Origin: Haliotis rufescens
Lineage: Eukaryota
DNA: 63,670 bases
Direction of reading: 5' to 3'
NCBI RefSeq assembly: GCF_023055435.1
Contig: NW_025963779.1
Coordinates: 36,704,331-36,768,000, forward strand
This document shows, piece by piece, positions 24,804-37,051 of the stretch (its first letter is position 1; each line of letters opens with the position of its first letter). A model generated the notes under the pieces. That model had not been told where the DNA came from, did no database searches, and saw only the letters and a list, made by a program, of their open reading frames with translations. The position numbers were made by a program, and so were the translations under genes.

Positions 24804-27800
24804 ATGACATCCTCAGTATCTCAGTCTCTGGAATACCAGAGTTTCAGGAGCTCCATTCCACAGAAGAAGGTATATTTATATATGTTGTTTGAATGAATCT
24901 ATTTTGTGTATGATAAATTGTTTGTTCTTGTACAGTATGTTGAGTGTTCATTCTGTTCTACAGACTTTTATACTTACAGTAAAAGACTACATGTCTATCT
25001 TTTCTATCTACCAGATATAATTTTGGACATTTTGCCCTAATTCATTTTTATTTTGTCTTGTTTTCCTCTTAGTCTATGAAGACATTTGCAACATTTGATT
25101 TGAATTATCTAAAAGTTAAAAAACGCACAGCAATCTAAGTGAGTCACGGAGTCCAAACCTCCTGGCCTATTTGGATGGAACATTTTGACTTGGGTGATTA
25201 GTAGCACAAATAATAAATAGGAAAAGATAGTTTTGTTCTGATATGAATATTGAAGTCTTTCAGGGGAATTTAACTAAAATGAGGGCATTTGTCTTGTGAT
25301 TCCAAGCTAAGCTGTATCAGTGAACTTGGTTTGTGCCTATTATGATTTGTGATAGTTTGTCCAAAAGAGCTGTGTCAGCTACCTAGCACTTTCTTGCGGG
25401 TATGGAATACCTATTTCGTTATCCGTTATTGGCTCTCTTAAATTGCCGTTGTTTAATATTTCACGTTATGATTAGCTGTGACACGTTATTTCACAAGTAT
25501 CTTGTTGTAGTGAATTACCAAATATATTACACATTTTCTGTGAATTGTCTTTTTTTTACTCTTGAACCGTCATTATTTGTTTTCCCGTTTGTTTACATCA
25601 TAACCAGGAATACTAGTATATAGTAAACTTTGGAAACAGTTGCCTAAGCAATGCATGAGATGATCTGTCTGACAGGTTGTTACCGAGTTTATATGTTATA
25701 ATAATATGAGATGTGGTCCTAGTTTATACATGCAACAGCATAAACTTGACAATGATATGGTTTAAATCACTATCAGATTGGACCCGTGAAGATCCGGGGT
25801 AGAACAGGTCTTCAGCAACCCATGGTTGCCGTAAAAGGCGACTGCTTGTCGCAAGAGGCGACTAACGGGATTGAGTGGTCAGACTCACTGACTTGGTTGA
25901 TGCATGTCATTGATCCCAATTGCGTGGATCGATGTTCATGATGTCAGTCACTGGATTGTCTGGTCCAGCTTTGATTATTTACAGACCGCTGTCACATAGC
26001 TGGAATATTGCTGAGTGTGGCATTAAACAACAAACAAACAAACACTATCAGATCGATAAGTAAGAATGAATCTCTATGAAATAGTTTACGAGGCAATTAT
26101 TTGTGATTGTGAAGTGGGTGGAATTTTTGTGATCTGTGAAGAGTTGGTCTGAATTACCTGTGAACAGTTACTGGGCAGAAGTATTCCCTACTCTTTCTTG
26201 AGTGTCTGATTAACAATTACATGTACCTCAGGGTATGCATAACTTTCAGTCATAAGCTATTTACTTCTTAATAACTGGGAAAAAGTAGTGTTAAACCCAA
26301 CTCACTTACTAATAACTGAAACATTATATGAAGGCTTGAGGTCTGAGAAATTGTCAGACATTTTTGTGTGACATTGTGAAACAACATTTGCAATGGCCTT
26401 CGTTATTTGATTGTTTTGTGTGGTTACTGGTTTGTGGAGAAAGGGTTGATGGGGGTACATATACAATGCAAGATAAATACAAATAATTCATGAGGCAATT
26501 TGATGATTGTGTTATTTTTCTTTAGAACATGCTACCAAATGCTTCCAAAAGATCACACACCTCTGCACTCTTGTGACACTTGCTGACTGAGTAATAACCT
26601 GACTATTTCAGATAATAGTTGACGATGACAACAGCAAAGAGTGGACGCTGTATGATGCAGGACCAAAGAGCATCAAGTGTCCACTCATTTGTTTCCCCCC
26701 GGCCAGCGGCGGAGCAGACGTCTACTTCCGACAAATACTGGGCCTGTCTGCAGCTGGATTCCGGGTGATAGGGGTAGGCAACATCAGTAGAAAATACACT
26801 CCAACTGTCATTATATCAACCAAGGACAAAAAGTTGATGAAAATTATTCATACACTTTCATTTGAAATATTATCAACTTTTCTATAGAAGTTGCCGTCCA
26901 GACAAATGATAACTTAACCTTCTTCAAAGAAGATAAATGTTTATGAAGTATCTTCATTATTCCCAGGGAAGATTTATGCGAATCATAATTTTCAGTCACA
27001 ATTTATGTATGAACATTTCTTGAAGTACCCGGTACTTGTTGGAGGGGATGGGTAAGGGGTGACATAGTCATCTGAGATGGCACAATTCTCTTTCCCGTAG
27101 GCCAGAAACAGATGCTCATGGGTTCAAATCCCAGTTCATGTTACTAGGTTTGTCAGTGCATACCTTTGCTAATGGGTTTCACCAAACGTGGTAAATGTCT
27201 AAGATCTGTATTCTCTCTCGCTTTCCTCTCACATCAAGATGGCATACCGTGATGTAACTTAAATACTGTTCAAAGCAGCATTAAATCCAACTCCTTCACT
27301 TACTTGTTTAAGTTTTGCCGGATGTATCCAGTACAGCAATGTTTCAGGTGGAGTACCCGGTGTACTGGACCATGAAGGAACTATGTGAAGGCTTCAGAAA
27401 GTTATGTGATCATCTGCAGCTAAATAAAGTAAGTAATTTCGCTGTGGGCCCCTGAGAGTTCCCGAGCAGAAGTTACAATGTCATCATCATACTCTGATGA
27501 CGTTGATGTTCACTCTAGCTGTCAAGCACGGGTTTGTCTCGATTAAAGACTATGATGTTATATAGCTGGAATATCTCCTACTACAGTGGGAAACACCATC
27601 TGTCACTAACTATCTCTTAGTGTGACTCCTTCCACTTCTCCTGAGACATCGCCACATATAGCTGCGAAATTGCTGATGTGGCGTTTAGCAATATTCACCC
27701 ACTCAATCACTCTAATAAAACATTCATTTTGCAGCTGTGTTTGATATATTTCATAGTGTTTGACAGAAATATTTATCTGTTTGTTAAATAGCGTTTTTCC

Positions 27801-30800
27801 CCCAGACCGGGTGGCGATATTCTCCCTCACTGCCAACAGGTTCATGTTTATACTCTGCTTGTAACTGAGACTGTAGTAGAACTTTCTGCATGAAAATATT
27901 GCATCCTATATTAATAAAATTCAGAATGGGTGCAAATAATGTGCACTGCAATTCCAGACGCAAAAATGAATGGCTGGTGGAGTCATTTAAACTAATTTAT
28001 TTGTAGCCATGTGTTAAAGTTAACAGTCCCTCTGTTTCCTATTTTCTTCACTGAATTAGCTTCTGGCATCAGAGCACGTGCAATATTTTGAAGCTTTTAC
28101 ATTTCTGGAACTGTGGAAGTGTGCACTGTTGCCAGTCTGTAGACGTCAAATAGGTTAGAGTGGGCATATCAGGGCTCACATTTACATGCCAAATTTCTGG
28201 TAGTCGCCAGGACTCAGCTGTATGGACCCAGACATTCCTTGCTGATGTAATTCAGACCGTTGGTGACAACGTTACAGGAGGATCTGTCCTGAGATTTGTA
28301 CTGTGACATTCTTGCTTTTCATTGTGCTTGTGTTAACCTTCCATTATGTTCTAGACTGACCTGTTTATGTTCCACACCAGGTTCATATATTTGGGGCTTC
28401 TCTCGGAGGCTTCCTGGCCCAGAAGTTTGCCGAGTTCACTCACCGCTCTCCCAGGGTGGCGTCCATCATTCTATGCAACTCCTTCTACGACACGTCCATC
28501 TTCCAGCAGACAAACTCTGCCCCTACGTATGTACATGATGCCGTTGATGCTCGACCCTCTTCTAGAACTATGTTCCAGTGCATCTGTTGCTGAGGAATAC
28601 TTGCTGGATTCTGAAAAATTCTTTCCATTTCTACATCTCCTAAATTTACTGTCATGTGTTTTTGGTGAAGGGAGGGCAAAGATATGATATGCATCTCTTA
28701 GCAACAACAGGATCATTGGGTTTAAAAATGAAAAGTTCACTCAATCAGCTAGAGATGTTCAAATTTAATTAATCTTACATCAAATGCAGGGGTCATGTTG
28801 TGATTTTGCTGACTACTGTTTAATACTCAATTCAGTCACTCTCATCCACTGAGCTGGTGTATCCATCCTTTCAGATTCTGGATGATGCCAGCGCTGTTTC
28901 TCAAGAAGATGGTGATGGGAAACTTTGAAAAAGGCGTTGTTGATGCCGACATCGCTGACTCTGTTGATTTCCTGGTTGAAAAGGTTGGCCTCTTACACTT
29001 AAAGTTCATGTCCTTATAATTCATTAAATTGTTTGAGTTCACAAAAGTGGTAAAGACCTTCATCACCTTGAGCTTTCCTTCCACAGCTGACCTGCAATTA
29101 TACACCTGAGATACTATTCAGGGCAGTGTTAAACCCAATGATACACCTGAGATACTATTCAGGGCAGTGTTAAACCCAATGATACACCTGAGATACTATT
29201 CAGGGCAGTGTTAAACCCAATTATACATCTGAGATACTATTCCGGGCAGTGTTAAACCCAATGATACAACTGAGATACTATTCCGGGCAGTGTTAAACCC
29301 AATGATACAACTGAGATACTATTCATGGCAGTGTTAAACCCAATGATACACCTGAGATACTATTCAGGGCAGTGTTAAACCAAATGATAAAACTGAGATA
29401 CTATTCAGGGCAGTGTTAAACCCAATGATACACCTGAGATACTATTCAGGGCAGTGTTAAACCCAATGATACAACTGAGATACTATTCAGGGCAGTGTTA
29501 AACCAAATGATCAAACTGAGATACTATTCAGGGCAGTGTTAAACCCAATGATACACCTGAGATACTATTCAGGGCAGTGTTAAACCCAATGATACAACTG
29601 AGATACTATTCAGGGCAGTGTTAAACCCAATGATAAAACTGAGATACTATTCAGGGCAGTGTTAAACCCAATGATAAAACTGAGATACTATTCATGGCAG
29701 TGTTAAACCCAATGATTAAACTGAAATACTATTCAGGACAGTGTTAAACCCAATGATAAAACTGAGATACTATTCATGGCAGTGTTAAACCCAATGATAC
29801 ACCTGAGATACTATTCAGGGCGGGGTTAAACCCATTGATACAACTGACATGCTATTCAGGGCAGTTTTAAACCCATTGATACAACTGACATGCTATTCAG
29901 GGCAGTTTTAAACCCATTGATACAACTGAGATACTATTCAGGGCGGTTTTAACCCAACTCGCCCGCATTTATTTTCTGAGGTGGACACTAGTTTTCTGGC
30001 ATATGAGTATACAGAGTTGCGTCCCTTATCCATTCCTCACCTGTCTTAAGTTTGAATCCCAGACTGTGACTCTTTGTCTGTCAGTCATTTGGATCTGACT
30101 TTAGTGGTACATGTCTACAACCTGTGTCATGAAACTGATGTGCTGTAATATAACTGAAATGCAGTTTTAAGTGGTGAAAAAAGTCAGCTCACTCACTTAT
30201 GTTAGAAGTTAAACACAGCTTCATCCTAGGAACCTGCTGATTTCAAAGTGTTTCTGCATCCTCCAACATCCAACGCATCATACCTCCATTCTGTTACAAT
30301 AGATCCCCAGGACTCGTTTATCTCAGTCAGAGAATTTGTGTGTGTAGTTACTGATAAGAGAGATGTACATAGTAATGGCACCCAAACAAAGCAATTGTGG
30401 CAAATAGATCCCGATTATTTATCATGGTACAACTAACTAAATCTAGGATGATGTTTCAGTTCCTTGTCGTCTTTCTAACTTTACAGTTGGACCAACTTAG
30501 CCAGCCCGAGTTGGCCTCGAGACTTACACTGAACTGCATGAACTGCTACATTGAACCACAGAAACTACGGGGAGTTGAGGTCACCATCATCGATGTAAGT
30601 ACTCTCACTAGACCACTCTCCTGTAGATTCTATATCAGCGTTAATGTCCAGGTCACCATCATCGATGTAAGTACTCTCCCTGGACCTCTCTCCTGTAGAT
30701 TCTATATCAGCGTTAATGTCCAGGTCACCATCATCGATGTAAGTACTCTCCCTGGACCTCTCTCCTGTAGATTCTATATCAGCGTTAATGTCGAGGTCAC

Positions 30801-33800
30801 CATCATCGATGTAAGTACTCTCACTAGACCACACTCCTGTAGATTCTATAACAGCATTAATGTCGAAGTCACCATCATCGATGTAAGTACTCTCACTAGA
30901 CCACTCTCCTGTAGATTCTATATCAGCGTTAATGTCAAGGTCACCATCATTGATGTAAGTACTCTCACTAGACCACTCTCCTGTAGATTCTATATCAGCG
31001 TTAATGTCGAGGTCACCATCATCGATGTAAGTACTCTCACTAGACCACTCTCCTGTAGATTCTATATCAGCGTTAATGTCGAGGTCACCATCATTGATGT
31101 AAGTACTCTCACTAGACCACTCTCCTGTAGATTCTATATCAGCGTTAATGTCAAAGTCACCATCATTGATGTAAGTACTCTCACTAGACCACTCTCCTGT
31201 AGATTCTATATCAGCGTTAATGTCGAGGTCACCATCATCGATGTAAGTACTCTCACTAGACCACACTCCTGTAGATTCTATATCAGCGTTAATGTCGAAG
31301 TCACCATCATCGATGTAAGAACTCTCCCTGGAGTAAGTACGATTCGATAGGGGCGACGAAGGAGCGGTCCACCTGGGCCTGCTCATAGGCTTCGTCGCTA
31401 AGAATCAGAAATTTGGCCAAACGGAGAGAGAATTCAGTGTAAGATCACTCAAAGAAATCTTACACCCTGCTGATACCGAGGACAGATCGCTGTGTCTTGT
31501 TAGGGCCCTCAAGTATTATCTTAAGGCTTCGAATGAACGCAGACAAGGGCGTGACCGTCTGTTCATATCGTGTAACCCTAATTGGACTGCTGACATAACT
31601 CGCAACTCGATTGTGTTATGGCTTCGTTCTGTCATCAATCTGACGTACCGGTCTCGGGGGTTACCGGTTGCGCATGAGATCAGGGCGCTAGCGGCAACAT
31701 TTGCCCTACACTCCAATATATCTGTTCACAGAATATTGCAGGGTTGTTACTGGCGTTCTGACTCGGTTTTTGCCAATCATTACCTCAGAAAGGTCTCTGA
31801 TGAAGACGTGGAGGGTGTGCAACGTCTTGGGCCGCTGATTGTGGCATGTAGAGGGTGCTATGATCAGTTGATGGTGCTAAGGCATGTAGAGGGCGCTATG
31901 ATCTGTTGATGGTGCTAAGGCATAGAAAGGGCGCTTTGATCAGGTGAAGTTGCTAAGGCATGTAGAGGGCGCTATGGTCTGTTGATGGTGCTAAGGCATG
32001 TAGAGGGCGCTATGATCAGGTGAGCGTGCTAAGGCATGTAGAGGGTGCTATGATCAGTTGATGGTGCTAAGGCATGTAGAGGGCGCTATGGTCTGTTGAT
32101 GGTGCTAAGGCATGTAGAGGGCGCTATGATCAGGTGAGGATGCTATGGTCTGTTGATGGTGCTAAGGCATATAGAGGGCGCTATGGTCTGTTGATGGTGC
32201 TAAGGCATATAGTGGGCGCTATGATAATGGTGAGGGTGCTAAGGCATGTAGACGGCGCTATGGTCTGTTGATGGTGCTAAGGCATGTAGAGGGCGCTGTG
32301 ATCAGGTGAGGGTGCTAAGGCATATAGAGGACGCTATGATCTGTTGATGGTGCTAAGGCATATAAAGGGCGCTATGATCAGGTGAGGGTGCTAAGGCATA
32401 TAGAGGGTGCTATAATCAGGTGAGGGCGCTATGGTCTGTTGATGGTGCTAAGGCATGTAGAGGGCACTATGATCAGGTGAGGGCGCTATGGTCTGTTGAT
32501 GGTGCTAAGGCATGTAGAGGGCGCTATGATCAGGTGAGGGTGCTATGATCAGTTGAGGGTGCTAAGGCATGTAGAGGGCGCTATGGTCTGTTGATGGTGC
32601 TAAGGCATGTAGAGGGCTCTATGGTCTGTTGAGGGTGCTACTGTCTGTTGCAGGTGTTTGATGACTGTGCCTTATCTCATACTGTGAGAGAGGAGATGTA
32701 CAAATGTTACCCAGAAGCTAAACGAGCCCACCTGAAGACTGGCGGCAACTTCCCTTACCTGAGTCGCAGTGCAGAGGTCAACGTCTTCATACAGGTACAT
32801 GACATAGATTACAGTGTTACTTGATACAATGGTCTGGTGCTTCATTGACTTCATTTCACCCCGTACCAAAACTACAACTGTAAGGCAAGAAAATATTCCT
32901 GCAACTTCAAGAATTGTGACAAGGATATATATAGAATTCCAAACTAAGTGCCCTTGGGAGGCAAATTGGGTAAAACATATGTTATTGTCTTAAATTCAGT
33001 GGTATTTTAACATTATATTTTAGCATTACCTTCAATATAGTAGACTTCTTTCTTTACTGGTCCTGTTATCAGTGAAACAAAAACCACCCCTATAAAGCCA
33101 TGACTTACGTTAGTTAGACATTCTGCAGTTTTAAGTCCAATTTGGAAATTTATACTGTCTTTTGCAGCAGACTTGTGGCGAGATATGTGCCTCTGAGCAG
33201 AGATGAATCCCTGTCTGAAGCAGTTATTATTTCAAATGACTCAAAGTAATTCTATCTCGGTTTCATTGCCTTTGACAATGGAATAAACGACCTAACATGA
33301 CACGGTTTGATTTTTGTGTATATACAATATGTCATTATATCGCAACAAAGTTTATTGTTGCAGCCCCAACTCGTTGTATGTGTTAAGCTATGATATATTG
33401 AAAGTCAGGCGACATTTCAGTCTCAGCTGTGTAAGGAGGTATTTATGTCCCAGTTGTCTGCCCCTTCTGCAGAGATGCAGCTCGAACTTGCTCGTATCAT
33501 GTTGCTTGTGGATTCAAATCCTGGATTCACCCTGAAAATTTGCTGGTGATCCAGGCACATTTTGTTATATTGATTGCCTGACCAAATCTGCAATAAATTA
33601 AATGAAAGGGACCCAAACTTACCACTTTTTCATATGCACAGACCCGTGAAGATCCGGTGTAGAATGGGTCTTCAGCAACCGATGCTTGCCGTAAAAGGTG
33701 ACTTTGCTTGTCGTAAGAGGCGACTAACGAGATCGGGTGGTCAGACTTGCTGACTTGGTTGATGCAATATGATCGTATCGCAATTGCGTGGATCGATGCT

Positions 33801-34142
33801 CATGATGTCAATCACTGAATTGTCTGGTCCAGACTCGATTATTTACAGACCGCCGTATAGCTGGAATATTGCTGAGTGCGGCCTTAACAACAAATCATAT
33901 GCGAATGGCAAGAAGGTTTTTGATAGATCGAGTGTGACAAAATTTTAGTCCATCAGCTTGGGAAAATTAGTTTTGGGAGGGAGCCTAAAAGTTTATGACT
34001 TTAGTTCTTAGCAAACCGTGATGTGTTGCAGATTCATTTAAAGCAGTTTGACACTACCCAGTACCATGCCAAAGAAATCACAGCAGAGGAGCAGGAGAAC
34101 TATAACACCCGTGATGCCAACGCCAACATCAACGAATCATGA
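24804..34142 (+). CDS. SPG21: Maspardin (alpha/beta-hydrolase fold), 307 aa, 8 coding exons
   Basis: Exons 24804-24869, 26612-26773, 27348-27428, 28381-28526, 28875-28983, 30487-30594, 32654-32794 and 34032-34142 (924 nt, all GT-AG). Motifs [46 protein letters not shown] and [19 protein letters not shown] match maspardin. Confidence 0.97.
25781..26042 (+). mobile_element. Short non-autonomous retroelement (SINE-like family A) with non-tRNA head and (CAAA)n tail
   Basis: Starts GACCCGTGAAGATCC and ends GCTGGAATATTGCTGAGTGTGGCATTAAACAACAAACAAACA. 13-bp TSD cactatcagat(t/c)g at 25768-25780 and 26043-26055. Confidence 0.9.
29100..29960. repeat. 41-bp minisatellite, about 21 copies, in SPG21 coding intron 5
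   Basis: Unit ATACACCTGAGATACTATTCAGGGCAGTGTTAAACCCAATG. Confidence 0.95.
30577..31331 (+). repeat. 72-bp minisatellite spanning the SPG21 exon 6 / intron 6 boundary, about 10.5 copies
   Basis: Unit GAGGTCACCATCATCGAT|GTAAGTACTCTCACTAGACCACTCTCCTGTAGATTCTATATCAGCGTTAATGTC; donors recur every 72 nt from 30595 to 31315. Confidence 0.97.
31337..31847 (+). mobile_element. DIRS-type retrotransposon tyrosine recombinase, C-terminal fragment
   Basis: About 170 stop-free codons: GFVAKNQ...[14 protein letters not shown]...RLFIS...[10 protein letters not shown]...[12 protein letters not shown]...[18 protein letters not shown]...LGPLIVA. It has the H-x-x-R, W and Y catalytic pattern of DIRS1-group YRs. 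Confidence 0.88.
31843..32653. repeat. 38-bp (2 x 19) minisatellite abutting the SPG21 exon 7 acceptor
   Basis: Subunits TGCTAAGGCATGTAGAGGG, CGCTATGGTCTGTTGATGG and CGCTATGATCAGGTGAGGG. Confidence 0.95.
33641..33894 (+). mobile_element. SINE-like family A, full-length copy
   Basis: Same first nucleotide and body as 25781-26042, with a tcatatgc TSD on both sides. Partial copies at about 16945-17025, 42555-42672, 42812-43002 (minus, between (GA)n tracts), 59145-59438 and 61360-61915. Confidence 0.9.
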
Positions 34143-35171
34143 GGCCCTGCCATGCCCCCTCGATGCAGATTGGGAATCTATCATGTCTTTCACATTATAG
34201 GAGAGTAAAGCTTGGCATCGTCTATACATCTACTACAACAAACTGCTGTGATCATCCAACTATTGGCAAAACTCCAGAAGACATTCTTATGATAAGAACA
34301 ATGTTGTGCAACTCCATCTTCCGTCGGCTGCCAGGCAGGAGGAGGGTGATAGCAAGGAGAAGCATGGTTAATTATTTTCAGCCACCATCCTCAGCAAATT
34401 AGGTTTGGATGTGTCAGATTGTTTTAAGTATTCTAACATGATTGTCTCATTGAGTTTCAAAGTTATGAAATAATAAACATTGATTTGTGCTCAGTTTATA
34501 TAGTGTAAGAAATCTAAAGCTCATCACATCCTCTTCTGTCCATGTTTTATCATTCTTGTTAGTATTGTAAGAATTGTTGCTGTTATATTAAGTAATATAA
34601 TATTAAGTATATTACCTTGTTAAATATTGTAGTCCTTGCTCTAACTCTGGAACCTACTCAAGGCTTTTGTTGGGTTCATATGAGTTTCTACATGTCAGTT
34701 GCTGAATGCAGTTATAAACATGATGATAAACACCTAAAGAAATCCTCAGGTTTTCCCATCACCTAGTCTGTCATAATTGTGTAAATATCAAGCTACAAGT
34801 TGGACGTAATGAATAATCAAATGTAGCGATCCATTCAGAATGTCCTTGATTATACATGTTGTAGTGAATGACAGATTTGGTGTCAGTGAAACTAGCAATA
34901 ATGTCACAAAGGCTATTCCCTTGTAATTTGGACCATACATGACAGAATCTGGATACTTAGGCCTCTCAGAGTCCAAGAATCTGTATACTGCAGTTCAGTG
35001 TTTTAGTGCTTGACTTTGTTTCCATTTTTATAAACTTCCAACAATGTCAGGCACCGAGGCATGGATGGTCTAGTTGTCTGAGGCACCTCAATTCGCTGTG
35101 TAGAGTTGCGTCCCTTGGGCATGCCAGATGTCCATAAGTATGAGATTGAATCCCATATTCAACACGATTAT

Positions 35172-35698
35172 CATCTTCCCAAGGCAAGTGAGTTAACTGA
35201 CTTTAATAGTCCAGTTTGCACCCTTGCCGAACGAGGCTGGAATTCCTGGGCTCAATCGCAGCGCCACCAGTGTTTATTACAAGTTATGTCCCTTCTAAGC
35301 CTCTCCTATGGACCAATCAGATTCCATCACTTGCATTTGTTTCAAACAGAACGGTGGCGCCCAGTCAAGATGATCTGATTGATAAACCAGATGCATGTTG
35401 TGATAAAACTGGTCTTACATCGTGAAGTGCATCAAATCACGCAGGCACCTTTATTAAAAACATGAAAAGGTTTGGAAAATATCTGTTGACAGCGAGTTGG
35501 CAGAGCACAAATACTGCAATTGACCGAAATCTGCGGGACAGTTTACGAACCAAATTTCGATTTCGTTGCGCGATTTTGATTGGACTATGCAAAGACTCGT
35601 TAGTCCAGTCAAAATGTAACTCTATAATCTCTGGCTAGTTCGGCAGGGGTAGAAACTTGACTTTTATAGTCAGTTAACTCTCTTGCCTCGGGAAGATG
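35172..35698. mobile_element. Second copy of the 9-bp-TSD MITE, inserted into a SINE-B copy
   Basis: Same TIRs and internal sequence as 2056-2599; TSD cacgattat/tacgattat. A decayed third copy lies at about 13640-14080. Confidence 0.9.
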
Positions 35699-36805
35699 TA
35701 CGATTATTGTCAGCACTGTCCTTGTGCGTTTCACCAAGTCGTAAATGTCTAACATTACTTTAGGCTTTCCTTCAACCACTGGTTTGACTGGTGAAGATGG
35801 AGCATGAACAGGATGCAGTGATACATATTTTATTCTGTTTTTAGGTTGATAACTATCAGTAGTTATCTTAACGTCCATTAAAGTGTTTCAAAATGGCAGA
35901 CAGGTTCATTTCTTTTTGCTTCGAACAACAGGTTATGACTCTTTTTTTTACACATGGAGTTGACTGAATGTCAAACATTGTTAATCAAACACAAAAAATT
36001 TTTGTTTGCATCTTTTTTTACTCTAAGTTGCATTTTTTTTACAGTAATTTAGAGTTTATGATTCTGTTCTACTTGTTTTTCCAGAGCCTTGAGTTTTCTT
36101 GTACAATTAGAATACATTTGTGGTGACGTTTTGTCAGTTACAGCTTACACAGTGCCATGTTACTTCTGTTTTCATACAAGGGCAGAGTGCAATTATGTTA
36201 CAATACATGCTCCCTGTGAGAAACATGCTTGTGTCTTATCTTTACGCTTTGATGCATAGATTTCAGGAGTTTTTCATGACAATTTAATCCCAACAGATCT
36301 CATGACTCACTGTAACGAGAAGAGCATGTATTACTATCGTCATGGTAATTTAGTAATATATAAATATGGGAACATACATGAACGTAATCAAGGTGGACAT
36401 TTTAAGAAAGTAACATGCAGTTTACGGACGAACAAACATTGTTTAGTACTAGATACTGATCTATCACATTTAATTTTTATTAAACTGAATGATAGTCAGG
36501 ATACAAGGATTACCCATCCTCTAAAATAATCCTTCAGTATATGTCCAAGTGGAGATCAAAAGAAGTATTACTAACAAACATCATGTTCATCCAAGAGCAA
36601 GACTAAGAACAGTGCAGGGCTTATTTTTTGGAAAATGGAATATGATTGCCATTAAAATAAATGCTGTGATTTTATCTAATTTCTTGGAGGAGTGAATTGT
36701 GTGATTATGCTGCTAGACTTTCCTTGATTCTTCTCAATAGTAACCAAGTCTCTGTTCCACACAGTGATCCGATTGTTGTGACTACCGTAAGTCTATGTTA
36801 AGGAG

Positions 36806-37051
36806 GGGACACAGATGGCCCAGTCGTCTAAGGTGCTGCTATTCGATGTGCAGAGTTGTGTCCCTCCCGCACGCCAGAAAGCTATGATTGTGGGTTTGAA
36901 TCCCAGTTTGCCCCAATTATGTTTCTAGGTTTGTCAGTACCCGTGGGTTTCACCAGAGTAAACGTCTGAGACCTGCATTACTTTCTCCCATAACAAGCCG
37001 ACATGCCGTGATATAACTGTAATACTGTTCAAAGCGGCACAAAAACTCACT
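36806..37051 (+). mobile_element. tRNA-headed SINE family B (degenerate)
   Basis: A-box-like GATGGCCCAGTCGTCTAAGG, B-box-like GGGTTTGAATCCC, tail CCGTGATATAACTGTAATACTGTTCAAAGCGGC...ACTCACT. Related copies at about 27040-27302, 29985-30197 and 35058-35790 (split by a MITE). Confidence 0.7.

Noticed and set aside
30397-31386. 317-aa (+) and 273-aa (-) repetitive ORFs that look like novel repeat proteins
   Set aside because: The plus ORF is SPG21 exon 6 read through the 72-bp array; the minus ORF is the same array on the other strand, open only because the unit is a stop-free multiple of 3.
31274-31909. Spliced SPG21-tyrosine recombinase fusion protein
   Set aside because: The candidate acceptors in the last repeat unit are out of frame or hit TAA before the YR frame begins at 31337.
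34140-34400. TGA stops of CKS1, SPG21 and ABHD8 as possible selenocysteine or readthrough sites
   Set aside because: The stops fall at or past the expected family C-termini, and no convincing SECIS was seen.
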